DNA from: Promethearchaeota archaeon
GTDB taxonomy: Archaea > Asgardarchaeota > Hermodarchaeia > Hermodarchaeales > Hermodarchaeaceae
Reading direction: 5' to 3'
NCBI GenBank assembly: GCA_048938295.1
Contig: JBHLMI010000002.1
Coordinates: 7,279-71,278 of the forward strand
Length of the DNA: 64,000 nt
The notes below the pieces were generated by a model. It had not been told where the DNA came from, searched no databases, and saw nothing but the letters and a program-made list of their open reading frames with translations. Of the stretch, positions 17,889-27,689 are shown piece by piece. Each line of letters begins with the position of its first letter. The first letter of the stretch is position 1. The translations under genes and the position numbers were made by a program.

Positions 17889-19241
17889 TTACTTCTTCAG
17901 GTATCGTTGGTAGACCCATCCACCAATCGCTAGAATGACTACGACGACGATGCCGATGATAATGTATTCGATGGGAATTGGTTCTGGGGGAGGAGGTGCC
18001 GTGAGCGTTGTGCCAGCATTCCAATCCCAGTTGAAAATCTGGGTGAAGTAGTTAGCGACACCTGAGTGAGTGATGATAACTCCAGCTTCTCGGTTTTCGT
18101 GCGTGGATTCGTAACTCCAGTTGATGCTGGAGACGAGGACCTTTTGTCCGTCAACGATGACGCCTTTGTTGTGGGTCCATTCAAAATAGTCCTGATTGCT
18201 GAACCGAACATCCACACCATTAGCCATTAACAGATTGGCCACTTCTTGCATCCCGGAACTACGGTTGTCGAGAATGACCTGACAGTCTACCCCCCGTGCA
18301 GCGGCTGCAATAATGGCATCATTGAATTGATTTGGAGCTCCATCCCAATCGAGCTTCGAATACATCTGCTGTACGCGCACGGTCGAGGTGGCAGAGTCGA
18401 TGAGGGCCTTGATCGTTGGAATGTCGTTGTCCGGTGAGAGGACGCATTGGATGCTCATGGAGCCAGAAAATGTCTGGCTGGTGAATGGTGCAGGATAGGA
18501 ACCTGTTGAGATGTTATCACTGAATTCTTCTTCATCAGCGATATTAGGAACGTAAGGTTCTACATTATCAAGGGTTAAGTCATGCATGAAGGTGTCAGAG
18601 AAGTAGTCGATAACATCAGGTTGATTAATCACTACCCCCCATTCCCGGTTTCCAGCGCTACTGGCAGGTGGAACGCCGGTTTTTGCCCAATTCGCACTTT
18701 CCACAACGAGTGCCTCGTGATCAAAGATCATGAATTTGGCATGGGTGAATTCAAGGTAGGTGTCCTCGGAGAAGTAGAGTTGCAAATTGGAGCCAAAGGC
18801 GGCATTTTGTGAAAGGTTGTAGAATGCGCCTTTTGTGAGTGAACGCTCAGCTATTGAAGCCCATTTCCAGGAAACGATGATGGTGATTTCCATGGTGCCA
18901 TTTCGGGCAAGGGCGTCATGGATTTCTTTGATGAGGAACCAGTTGCTAAGTGCATACACCATGATTTGCATTTCGTTCTCGGTGTTTTGTAAAAGGTCTG
19001 TAAGGACGCCAAAACTTGAGTCAGGCGAAGAGTAGCAGGTAACAGACGCTGATCCCGTATAGGTCGACGCAGGTTTGTCTAAAGCGGGAGGTTGGGCAGT
19101 GATGTTCAACGGTGTTTCGGAGGCAGGTGACAAAAAGGGCAGAACCATGACCCCGAGAAAGAGGAGTAATATTAATTGTGAAAAGATTGTTCGCCGCATT
19201 GGCATGTCTCCCATGTATCGTTGGGTACTATTCATCCTCAT
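17889..19241 (-). CDS. Phospholipase D-family protein (two HKD motifs), secreted with C-terminal anchor
   Basis: Two HxK(x)4D motifs (THAKFMIFDHEALVVESANW and THNKGVIVDGQKVLVSSINWS). N-terminal signal/TM. C-terminal TM helix plus basic tail. Confidence 0.8.
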   Translation of the reverse strand: MRMNSTQRYMGDMPMRRTIFSQLILLLFLGVMVLPFLSPASETPLNITAQPPALDKPASTYTGSASVTCYSSPDSSFGVLTDLLQNTENEMQIMVYALSNWFLIKEIHDALARNGTMEITIIVSWKWASIAERSLTKGAFYNLSQNAAFGSNLQLYFSEDTYLEFTHAKFMIFDHEALVVESANWAKTGVPPASSAGNREWGVVINQPDVIDYFSDTFMHDLTLDNVEPYVPNIADEEEFSDNISTGSYPAPFTSQTFSGSMSIQCVLSPDNDIPTIKALIDSATSTVRVQQMYSKLDWDGAPNQFNDAIIAAAARGVDCQVILDNRSSGMQEVANLLMANGVDVRFSNQDYFEWTHNKGVIVDGQKVLVSSINWSYESTHENREAGVIITHSGVANYFTQIFNWDWNAGTTLTAPPPPEPIPIEYIIIGIVVVVILAIGGWVYQRYLKK

Positions 19242-19400
19242 CTAGTATTTTGCTATTTAGGCTTGTGCTTTTTTCTAGAGCCGACTCAAATGCAGAGAAC
19301 GCGAATAGGGTTTTATTCTGGACCCCTTGAATTTCTGATCTTTTACACGATATTTTATTAAGAAGCCATTTGCTCAGTGCTCTCATCATTACTCTGAAAG

Positions 19401-19892
19401 GTGTGCCTGATGCACAAAGAGCTTAGTTATGAGTTTCCAACGATGCCACCAGCTCAAAGGGCATTCAAATGCATATGTGACCGACTTGGGATTGTATCTG
19501 AAGAAGCCGATATGGGAGGTGGGCTGAGTGCACGAACGGATGATCGATCCTTCTCAGCCCAATTGATGGCAAGTACCACAGACCGTGGAACAATGAAAGT
19601 CGAAGTGCATATTCGTGTATCCTCTGATGAACAAATGACTGCGGTAACGGCTTGTTTTGGTGAACCTCAACAAGAACGTGATATTGCGCCCAGTCAGAAA
19701 ACTTTCGCTAAGGTCGTAGTTGAAACGGAATTTACAGGTGACACAAACTGGTTTGTAAATGAGGTGTGCGAGAAACTGGATATTGCTCCAGATCAATTTG
19801 GGAACTATCGAGCCATGGTCTTGTTAACTGCAAAAATGAAAGGTGCTCCTGGGTTCATTCAGGAAGCTGCAAAGAAGCTAAAGGAGATGTAA
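19401..19892 (+). CDS. Hypothetical protein
   Basis: 163 aa ORF with no motif recognised. A GC hairpin plus T-tract lies downstream. Confidence 0.45.
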   Translation: MCLMHKELSYEFPTMPPAQRAFKCICDRLGIVSEEADMGGGLSARTDDRSFSAQLMASTTDRGTMKVEVHIRVSSDEQMTAVTACFGEPQQERDIAPSQKTFAKVVVETEFTGDTNWFVNEVCEKLDIAPDQFGNYRAMVLLTAKMKGAPGFIQEAAKKLKEM

Positions 19893-19948
19893 CTCCAGAT
19901 TTGTTTTAACCGAGTCACATCATCCGAATCGAAGTTCATGTTTATCTG

Positions 19949-19990
19949 ATGTATGCCCGCAGACGGGGCATTCGTATCCTTTTTTCTTCT
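19949..19990 (+). terminator. Hairpin plus oligo-T terminator-like element downstream of 19401-19892
   Basis: ATGCCCG-CAGA-CGGGGCAT stem-loop followed by CCTTTTTTCTTCTT. Confidence 0.35.
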
Positions 19991-20179
19991 TAACGCACGA
20001 TCTGTGGAATGTCGAGTTGCAGTTTGAGCATTTGATTGAGGTTTGGACTATCTTTCCGCATGCTTGGCATACATCATCTGAACTCAAAATATCACAATCC
20101 TATTAGTAATTTACCTACGAACTTCATGGTTAAACATTTCTCTTGTTGTGGGGGAGGGACTACTTTGGCTGGGAGAAGC

Positions 20180-21106
20180 TTAAACTCCTTTTTCCTTTAT
20201 ATATGGAACCCCGATACCCTTGGGTGGAATGGATCGTCGAATAATTCCGAGGGCAACAATAACGCTGATGTATGGAATCATTTGGATGAATTGCACATAC
20301 TGACTGAGGAACTGGAATTCAGGAAGAATGAGGATTCCAGCTTCAACCGCATTTAGGAATCCAAAGAACATACCTGAGAGGAAGACCCCGATGGGCGTCC
20401 AGTTACCAAAGATCAAAGCTGCTAGTGCGATGAAGCCACGGCCACCAGTCATGACTTCTACGAATCGACCCAGTGTTCCGATGGATAGTTGGGCACCGCC
20501 TACAGCCGCAAGAATACCACTGATCGCCACGCCTATCATTCGAGTAGATTCCACATTCACCCCGGCAGTATCAAGCGTGCTGGGATCCTCACCCGAAGCA
20601 CGTAACCGTAAGCCAAAAGATGACCGATATATGATGTAATGGCTTATGGGCAGCATGAGAAACATGAAGATCATTATAGGACCGATGTAGCCGAACCAAG
20701 GGAGAGACAGACCTGGTAGACGTGGAACGTTGGGTGAAACCCCATGAACGCCCCAAACCGCGAAAAGTCCAAAAGTCGTTAAGCCTGTTGCAAAGAGAAT
20801 TATTCCTGCACCACTCACAATTTGATTACCTTTTAGTCGCACACAGATTATTCCATGAATTAATCCTAATAAGGCACCTGATAGAATGGCTCCAAGTAAA
20901 CCAAACCAAGGATTATTAGTGAACCAAGTGACAGCAACAGCCGTAAACGCACCCATGAGCATCATTCCTTCTAATCCGATGTTCACTACACCTGATCGTT
21001 CAGAGAACATTCCTCCTAACGCAGCGAGAACTAGGGGAGTTGAGAATTTGATAATGGAGTTGATGAACCATGCAATTATTAGAGGATTCAGGAATGAATT
21101 TTGCAT
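20180..21106 (-). CDS. ABC transporter permease (BMP/nucleoside-type), second permease
   Basis: Polytopic membrane protein. The track ORF extends to 21292, but its first 62 aa overlap the upstream permease. The ATG at 21104-21106 overlaps the upstream TGA by 1 nt and is the likely start. Confidence 0.75.
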   Translation of the reverse strand: MQNSFLNPLIIAWFINSIIKFSTPLVLAALGGMFSERSGVVNIGLEGMMLMGAFTAVAVTWFTNNPWFGLLGAILSGALLGLIHGIICVRLKGNQIVSGAGIILFATGLTTFGLFAVWGVHGVSPNVPRLPGLSLPWFGYIGPIMIFMFLMLPISHYIIYRSSFGLRLRASGEDPSTLDTAGVNVESTRMIGVAISGILAAVGGAQLSIGTLGRFVEVMTGGRGFIALAALIFGNWTPIGVFLSGMFFGFLNAVEAGILILPEFQFLSQYVQFIQMIPYISVIVALGIIRRSIPPKGIGVPYIKEKGV

Positions 21107-22587
21107 CAGAAGACACCTCCAATCACAACGGCCTTTCTTACTATCAGGTAATATGCAGGTAACACGAGAATGAGCCCTACAACCCCTAAAACAAGGAGAG
21201 GTATTGTTAGGGTGTTGACTTGATACACAAGAATTAGTGCGGCCAATATGATCCACCCTATTGATGTTAGACAGGCAACAAGAAGCCCCCAAGTTTTTCT
21301 CATGAGGATACCTACGAAAGCAAAAAGGGCTAGCAGTCCCAGGGTTACCATTTGAGCCATGAAAATGACATCAGCTTGCAGATACGCAAAGCCAATGAAT
21401 AGCCCAATGACTGAACCAACTACAGCGATTACTGCTGTAAGAAAGATGGGTAGAGCCTTCTTCGGTTCCTCAATTATCCACAGGGCATATTCATTCCCTT
21501 TTGAAGCCAGCCATTGGATGATTTTTGGAGCTGCAACAAACAATACGACAAGACCCTGAATTATAACTACCATTTCTCGAGGAACACCAGCTACGGCATC
21601 CATTACGACAGCACCTGCCTTCAAGAAGCCAAAGAAGAGGGCAGCTAAAATTACCCCAAAGGGATTGTTGAGCCCCAACACAGCAACTGTAATCCCATCA
21701 AATCCTAAACCTGGAGACCAACCATTAATGAAACGGTGGTAGTACCCAAGAATCTCACCGGCACCTGCTAAACCGGCAAGTGCGCCACTGAGTGTAAGAG
21801 CAAGCACCATCATGTACTTTGAATTAATTCCAGCCGTTTCAGCTGCTTCAAGATTCTTACCCACTGCCCGAACTTCATATCCACGCACAGTGTAGTTTAA
21901 GAAAAACCAGACGACTAAAGCACTAATGATTGCGATTAGAAAGCCAGCATGAAGAAAAGGTGATCCAAGTAGGCTGGGAAGGATAGCGGTGGGTTGAATA
22001 GGCGAAGTCTGGGGATAGGGAGTGCCTGGTTCTTTCAATGGAAATGTGACCAACCATTCAGTGAATAAGATGGCAATATAGGTCATCATCATTGTGGTAA
22101 CCACTTCATGCGCACCACGATAGGCTTTGAGGATTCCAGGAATAAACGCCCAAGCAGCACCAGCGATTGCAGCAGCAGCTAGGCACACTAGGGGATGAAT
22201 AAAGGAAGGCAATAACACATAGACGCCAATTATCGTGGCTACCATAGATCCCATATAGAGTTGTCCTTCAGCACCGATATTGAAGAGTCCTGCTTTGAAT
22301 GCAAGGGCTACGGAAAGACCAGTTAGGAGGAGAGGAGTTGCATACCATAACACCTGATCTGGATTCCGAAAAGCCCCTTGAATCAAAACAGTATACGCAA
22401 AAACTGGGTCATATTCTGTGGCGATCATGATCAGTGCTGCTACGAGTAAGGCTAGAATAATAGAACCGCCTGCCCAGAGCAGTTCCTTCATCGCACTTAG
22501 TAATGACCTTTCGAAGGGCCTGAGTTCCTGACTTCCATTAAGCACTTTCTCGATGTCCGCATCCTTTGGTCCATGAACTTCGTTCAT
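21106..22587 (-). CDS. ABC transporter permease (BMP/nucleoside-type), first permease
   Basis: 493 aa with about 10 TM helices, of the type paired with BMP-family binding proteins. Confidence 0.75.
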   Translation of the reverse strand: MNEVHGPKDADIEKVLNGSQELRPFERSLLSAMKELLWAGGSIILALLVAALIMIATEYDPVFAYTVLIQGAFRNPDQVLWYATPLLLTGLSVALAFKAGLFNIGAEGQLYMGSMVATIIGVYVLLPSFIHPLVCLAAAAIAGAAWAFIPGILKAYRGAHEVVTTMMMTYIAILFTEWLVTFPLKEPGTPYPQTSPIQPTAILPSLLGSPFLHAGFLIAIISALVVWFFLNYTVRGYEVRAVGKNLEAAETAGINSKYMMVLALTLSGALAGLAGAGEILGYYHRFINGWSPGLGFDGITVAVLGLNNPFGVILAALFFGFLKAGAVVMDAVAGVPREMVVIIQGLVVLFVAAPKIIQWLASKGNEYALWIIEEPKKALPIFLTAVIAVVGSVIGLFIGFAYLQADVIFMAQMVTLGLLALFAFVGILMRKTWGLLVACLTSIGWIILAALILVYQVNTLTIPLLVLGVVGLILVLPAYYLIVRKAVVIGGVF

Positions 22588-22589
22588 TG

Positions 22590-24266
22590 CTATGACTCCA
22601 TGTTAGCTTTTTCAGTTTGGGCTCCAGCCATAAGGAGCCCTAGTTCTCGATCATCAGTTTCAGTGGGATCTTTGAATGCCACAATTCTACCCTCATAAAT
22701 TACGGCGATACGATCAGCAATTTGTCGGACTTCTTCAAGCTCAGCAGAGACGAGTAGAACAGCTACTCCTTGGTCACGCATTTCAATTAGTATTCGGTGG
22801 ATATATTCAATGGCACCGACATCTAGACCACGGGTTGGATGTGAAGCGATGACTAACTTGGGATTCTTAGCCAATGCTCTAGCAACAATTAATTTCTGTT
22901 GATTCCCACCTGAAAGCGTACTAGCTAAAGAATCAAGGTCCCCAATTCTTATCGAATAAGCATCCACCAATTGATTTGAATCATTAACAATTCGTTTGCC
23001 ATCTAAAAGCATATTAAATGGTCCTCGGCTGTAAGGAGGATGGTATTCAGAACCCAGAATCAAGTTTTCTTTAATGGAAAAGTCGAGAATTAGGCCACGT
23101 TTATGTCGATCCTGTGGGATATACCCCACACCATGTTCATGCATTTTTCGAGGGCTATACTTCTTTATTATATCACCTTCAAAATAAATTTCACCACCTA
23201 TAGGTTTACGGAGCCCCCAGATTGCTTCAACGAGTTCTTGCTGCCCGTTACCCTCGACACCAGCAATACCCAGGATTTCACCTGAATGGACTTCGAGGCT
23301 AACATCTTTAACGACGTCAAATCCACGGTCATCTTTGACGCTGAGGTGTTTCACAGTTAACACTGCTGGACCGGGAATAGCTTTAGTCTTGGAAACCTGA
23401 AATACAACAGGGCGACCAACCATCATTTCCGCTAACTGCTCAATGGATGTATCTGCTTTGTTGACGGTACCCACAAGTTTACCATCGCGAAGAACGGTGA
23501 TTCGATCACAAAGGGCCATTGGATCTCGAAGTTTATGTGAGATGAGAATGATCGTTTTTCCCGCCTTTCGAAATTCTTCCAAAGTTTCAAAAAGCTCATC
23601 AACTTCTTGTGGCGTTAGGACAGCAGTGGGCTCGTCAAGAATCAGAATTTCAGCTTCACGATACAAAACCTTGATGATTTCAACACGCTGTTGCATTCCA
23701 ACTGAGAGAAATTGAACCTTCTCCTTTGGTTCAATGAAAAGCTTATTTTCTTCAGCAATTTCGAGGATCTTCTTTTCAGCGGCTTTCAGATTCATTGGAG
23801 TTACTCGATTAATCGAGCCCGTAATACCCCACGCTAAGCCTTTGAAGAATTGTTTGATCTGATAAGCTATGTATTTGCTAGAGGAATGAGAGGAGATTTC
23901 TGTTGGGATGACAGCTTTTTCGAAGCGGCTTTCAAGATTAACGTAAAGAGGTTCAGAGCCCAGCACAACATTTTCAGTTACCGAAAAAGGTGGGATGAGT
24001 TTGAAATGTTGGTGGACCATGCCAATCCCCACGCGAATAGCATCACGTGGGGATCTAAAAAATACCTCTTCACCCCTAATCTTAATGGTCCCTGAATCCT
24101 TAGAAATTAACCCATATAACACGTTCATGAGAGTAGTTTTTCCAGCTCCGTTTTCACCAAGGAGACCATGGACTTCCCCTTCCTCAATTCGAAGCGTGAT
24201 GTCCTGATTGGCTACGACATCTCCTGGAAAGGTTTTATTAATATTTTCGAGCTCAATGATGTAAAT
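22590..24266 (-). CDS. ABC transporter ATP-binding protein with duplicated ATPase domains (sugar/nucleoside type)
   Basis: Walker A GENGAGKTTLM lies upstream of the first in-frame ATG at 24128. The frame is open up to a TGA at 24291-24293 but contains no ATG/GTG/TTG. GGAGGT (24279-24274) sits 7 nt before an ATT at 24266, which I propose as the start. Second domain signature LSGGNQQK. Confidence 0.7.
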   Translation of the reverse strand: MYIIELENINKTFPGDVVANQDITLRIEEGEVHGLLGENGAGKTTLMNVLYGLISKDSGTIKIRGEEVFFRSPRDAIRVGIGMVHQHFKLIPPFSVTENVVLGSEPLYVNLESRFEKAVIPTEISSHSSSKYIAYQIKQFFKGLAWGITGSINRVTPMNLKAAEKKILEIAEENKLFIEPKEKVQFLSVGMQQRVEIIKVLYREAEILILDEPTAVLTPQEVDELFETLEEFRKAGKTIILISHKLRDPMALCDRITVLRDGKLVGTVNKADTSIEQLAEMMVGRPVVFQVSKTKAIPGPAVLTVKHLSVKDDRGFDVVKDVSLEVHSGEILGIAGVEGNGQQELVEAIWGLRKPIGGEIYFEGDIIKKYSPRKMHEHGVGYIPQDRHKRGLILDFSIKENLILGSEYHPPYSRGPFNMLLDGKRIVNDSNQLVDAYSIRIGDLDSLASTLSGGNQQKLIVARALAKNPKLVIASHPTRGLDVGAIEYIHRILIEMRDQGVAVLLVSAELEEVRQIADRIAVIYEGRIVAFKDPTETDDRELGLLMAGAQTEKANMES

Positions 24267-24423
24267 CTTCAGAACCTCCAGACTAAAATTTCAGCTCAAT
24301 TCTGATGGCTGTTGAAATCAGCTATTTTCGTGTGGAAGTTGTATTTAATCTCAGTGATAGCTGATAAGCCTAGTCAGAATATCAAGAAAAAAGAGGGGAA
24401 GGGCCTTGTCGGCCCCATCTGAT

Positions 24424-25575
24424 TTAGAGGAAGTTAAAGTCTGTAGGAACTGTGATACTGCCATTGATAATTGCAGCACCAATGTCATTGACGATGAATT
24501 GTTCACCAGCGGTGATCTTGTATCCGGGTGCTAAGAGATCGTTATTGAGCTCCCAACCAACACCACCGTCAGCTAAACTGAAGTATCGGACACCACCAGT
24601 AAAGTTGCCCCAAGTTGTTGCTTCTCCGATGGCCCTGTAGACACCGATATCAACACGTTTCAGCATTGAAGTGAGAATTGTGGTATAGGTTCCACTTGGG
24701 GGAATACCTAGGTACATCTGGGGCGAGTCAACGCCGATAGTCCAGACAGGATAGGCCAATGTTCCATTAACCGCTATCCCTGCATCGAGGACTCCAACAC
24801 CAGATCCTCCCGCTGCTGCGAAGCAGATATCTGCTCCAGCAGAGAAGTGACCTTCGGCTTGGGTTTGGGCAGTGTCAGGATCGTCCCATGCACCGACCCA
24901 ACTGAAGAGTGTGTTGGGTGATGTGTCGTTTGTGACGGCTAGAGAAGGATTCGTGATGTTAGCACCAAAGAAGTAGCCAGCAGCGAATTTGTGGATGAGT
25001 GGTTCGTCTTTTCCACCAACAAAGGCAATCTTATCCTGCGTTGTTCGTAAACCGGCCAACGCGCCAACGAGAGCAGATCCTTGTTCTTCATCGAAGTTTA
25101 TCTGCATGATATTCGGAAATTGTGTTGTGTTGAGCCAGTAGACGTCCACGATAGCGAATTTCTGAGTTGGAAAGTCTGTTGCAACAGCAGTCATAGCATC
25201 AGCGATTTCGAAGCCGATTCCGATGATGAGGTCATACGGAGTCGAGTAGCCGATATGGAGTGCGTATTGTCTGAGCAAAGGTTCGAATTCAGCGATGGCT
25301 TGAGGTTCAGAGTATGTATAGTCGATACCCAACGAATTGTTAGCCATAATAGCGCCTTCGTTGCAAAGGTCATTGAAACCAAGATCTCCGAGCCCACCTG
25401 TGCCAAATACAATCGCTACTCCGTAGGGATTCGGTGGAGGTGGTTGCATGTAAATTGTCCATAGCACCCAGCCTCCGCCAACGCCGCCGATAATGACGAC
25501 AATGGCGATGATTGCATAAAGTGTTCTTCGTTCCATTTTTTGGCTCCTCCAATCGAACTGTCTCAGAAATGACAT
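24424..25575 (-). CDS. BMP-family (basic membrane protein / PnrA-like) ABC substrate-binding lipoprotein
   Basis: N-terminal TM/signal, then a periplasmic binding-protein fold with the G-rich loops of BMP/nucleoside-binding proteins. First gene of the importer operon. Confidence 0.7.
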   Translation of the reverse strand: MSFLRQFDWRSQKMERRTLYAIIAIVVIIGGVGGGWVLWTIYMQPPPPNPYGVAIVFGTGGLGDLGFNDLCNEGAIMANNSLGIDYTYSEPQAIAEFEPLLRQYALHIGYSTPYDLIIGIGFEIADAMTAVATDFPTQKFAIVDVYWLNTTQFPNIMQINFDEEQGSALVGALAGLRTTQDKIAFVGGKDEPLIHKFAAGYFFGANITNPSLAVTNDTSPNTLFSWVGAWDDPDTAQTQAEGHFSAGADICFAAAGGSGVGVLDAGIAVNGTLAYPVWTIGVDSPQMYLGIPPSGTYTTILTSMLKRVDIGVYRAIGEATTWGNFTGGVRYFSLADGGVGWELNNDLLAPGYKITAGEQFIVNDIGAAIINGSITVPTDFNFL

Positions 25576-25731
25576 CGATTCAAAGAAATGGTCAAGCAGT
25601 GGATTGAGCCGACTTATTTCTGATTTAGTTCTAAGAGCTTGTTCTGTAATGAATCAAAGGAGTATAAAAATATAGACATTCTGACGTTGTACAAAATCTC
25701 CATTAATGTCAGATTTTTTGGACATCCTAAG

Positions 25732-26394
25732 TCAGATGTCGACGATTCGACCTTGAGGTCCAACTGCAATCAGCTCAGTGGAACCTAAGCAGTCAGTTTT
25801 ACCTTCAGCTTCATGAATATGTCCACTATATACAGCAAGGGGTTGCACCTCGGTGATGAAGTCACGGAGACTTTGATACCCGATGTGGCTACCACCCCAA
25901 GTTAAATCCGCACTTGTTCCATAAGGCGGTGTATGGGTACATAGAACAAGGTTTTCTGAGTAATAAAACTGACTTAAAATTTGCGTTACTTTTTCTTCTG
26001 TTACTGCAAAAGGTAAACCAGGAAGCCCACCGCCTAGTCCTGCAAATGTCTTGTCCCCTAAGACAATAGATTCGCCATGGAAACAGTGAAGATTTTCAAA
26101 ATCGCGGCACACGCATCTTAGTTCATCGGCGTCATCATGATTTCCAGGAACTAAGTATAGTTCTACGTTACTGGCTAATGGTTCGAGGGTATCTTCTAAA
26201 CCTTTCCCAAAATTAGCAAAATCACCAAGTCCAAATCCTACATCAACTTGTTTTAATTGCCCGCGAATGTGAGATATTGCGAGTTGATCACCGTGAAGAT
26301 CTGAAAAAAACAGAACTTTCATAGTGACATTAGGGCCTGAGTACCTGTCAAAAAAGCTTCCCCTTTTCTTGTCCCTATTCATGTAATTCTTCAT
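25732..26394 (-). CDS. Metallophosphoesterase (calcineurin-like)
   Basis: MKVLFFSDLHGD and GNHD motifs. Confidence 0.75.
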   Translation of the reverse strand: MKNYMNRDKKRGSFFDRYSGPNVTMKVLFFSDLHGDQLAISHIRGQLKQVDVGFGLGDFANFGKGLEDTLEPLASNVELYLVPGNHDDADELRCVCRDFENLHCFHGESIVLGDKTFAGLGGGLPGLPFAVTEEKVTQILSQFYYSENLVLCTHTPPYGTSADLTWGGSHIGYQSLRDFITEVQPLAVYSGHIHEAEGKTDCLGSTELIAVGPQGRIVDI

Positions 26395-26487
26395 GGTAGT
26401 TATCGAGCATAGAAATGGGTAAACTGAATAAAGGAAGTCAATATATCAAGGAGTTATTTAATGACTTGGAATTGAGGTTCGTTTTTA

Positions 26488-27672
26488 ATGAAGAAAGCAG
26501 ACGTGGTCTATGTGGATAGGACCGTGTATCCACGGTATTCCATGCTTGATAAACTTGAGATCCTTTGGAATAGAATCGGGCTCAATAAGGCTATCAAAGA
26601 AGATGACCGGGTTATCATCAAGACCCATTTTGGTGCTTATGGCAATCTCATGTACATGCGTCCAGCTTTGATGCGCAAAGTTGTGGACTTGGTGAAAGCC
26701 CAGAAAGGTTGGCCGATTCTCGCTGAAAGTGCAGGATTAGGGTATGGGGCTGGTTTGTACGGCGGACGGACCACAGCAGCTGAATATTACAAGATGGCAG
26801 CAGCCAACGGGTATACTATCGGGACGATGGGTGCCCCCATTGTGCTCCTTGATGGATACTGGGGTGTCGACACCTTCACTGTGCCTATCAAAGGGAAACA
26901 CCTAGATCGAGTCGAAGTCGCCATGGCACTGCGCGACGCTGATGTCGTCGTTGTGATGACCCACTTCAAAGGGCATGGAGGCACCGGGATGGGTGGAACT
27001 TTGAAAAATCTCGGGATTGGCTGTGTGGGTAAATACAGTAAGACCATGATGCATGGCCCGGATAACCCGATAGTCAACGCTGAAGAGTGCAAGGGACCTG
27101 AGTGTCGAAAGTGTGAACGCGTTTGTCCCACTCGTTGTATTACTGTGGACCCCAAGATTATCATTGATTTTGATCGGTGTATTCATTGTATCCATTGTGT
27201 GTCTGCGTGTAGTCAAGCTGGTTCGAAAGCCATCATAGCAAAATGGGGGGAGAATCCACCTGCATCGACCGAACGGATGATAGAAAACGCCCTTGGTGTA
27301 CTGGAAGGGGTGGGTCGTGATCGCTTCTTTTACTTCAATGTCGCTTTGGATATCAGCGAGTTTTGTGATTGTATGCCAGTCGGACCACAGGCTATGGTGC
27401 CTGATCTTGGCATTTTTGCCTCCAGAGATCCCGTGGCTATTGATGCTGCCAGCATCGATAAGCTGAATGAGGCACTCCCGATTCCGAGTTCGGCATGTGG
27501 GGACATTGCTCCCGGTGAGGATAAACTAGCGGTTGCTACACCTTGGCCTGATCCACATACTGGTGAAAAGACGCCGACTCAATGCCATCTGCTTCAATTA
27601 GACTATGCCACGGAACTGGGTGTTGGAAACAAAGAGTATTCGCTCAAACAGGTCGACAAGAAGCCGCCCTAA
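26488..27672 (+). CDS. DUF362-type iron-sulfur protein with 4Fe-4S ferredoxin domain
   Basis: CPTRCITVDP..CIHCIHCVSAC ferredoxin motifs embedded in a DUF362-like scaffold. Confidence 0.6.
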   Translation: MKKADVVYVDRTVYPRYSMLDKLEILWNRIGLNKAIKEDDRVIIKTHFGAYGNLMYMRPALMRKVVDLVKAQKGWPILAESAGLGYGAGLYGGRTTAAEYYKMAAANGYTIGTMGAPIVLLDGYWGVDTFTVPIKGKHLDRVEVAMALRDADVVVVMTHFKGHGGTGMGGTLKNLGIGCVGKYSKTMMHGPDNPIVNAEECKGPECRKCERVCPTRCITVDPKIIIDFDRCIHCIHCVSACSQAGSKAIIAKWGENPPASTERMIENALGVLEGVGRDRFFYFNVALDISEFCDCMPVGPQAMVPDLGIFASRDPVAIDAASIDKLNEALPIPSSACGDIAPGEDKLAVATPWPDPHTGEKTPTQCHLLQLDYATELGVGNKEYSLKQVDKKPP

Positions 27673-27689
27673 TGAAGCTGAACCCGCCC

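Noticed and set aside
21107-21292. 62-aa Cys-rich N-terminal extension of ORF 20180-21292 (MGASCCLSNINRVDH...)
   Set aside because: It overlaps the C-terminus of the upstream permease gene. An ATG at 21104-21106 overlaps that gene's stop by 1 nt and begins the hydrophobic permease sequence (MQNSFLNPLIIAWF), so the extension is an ORF-caller artefact.
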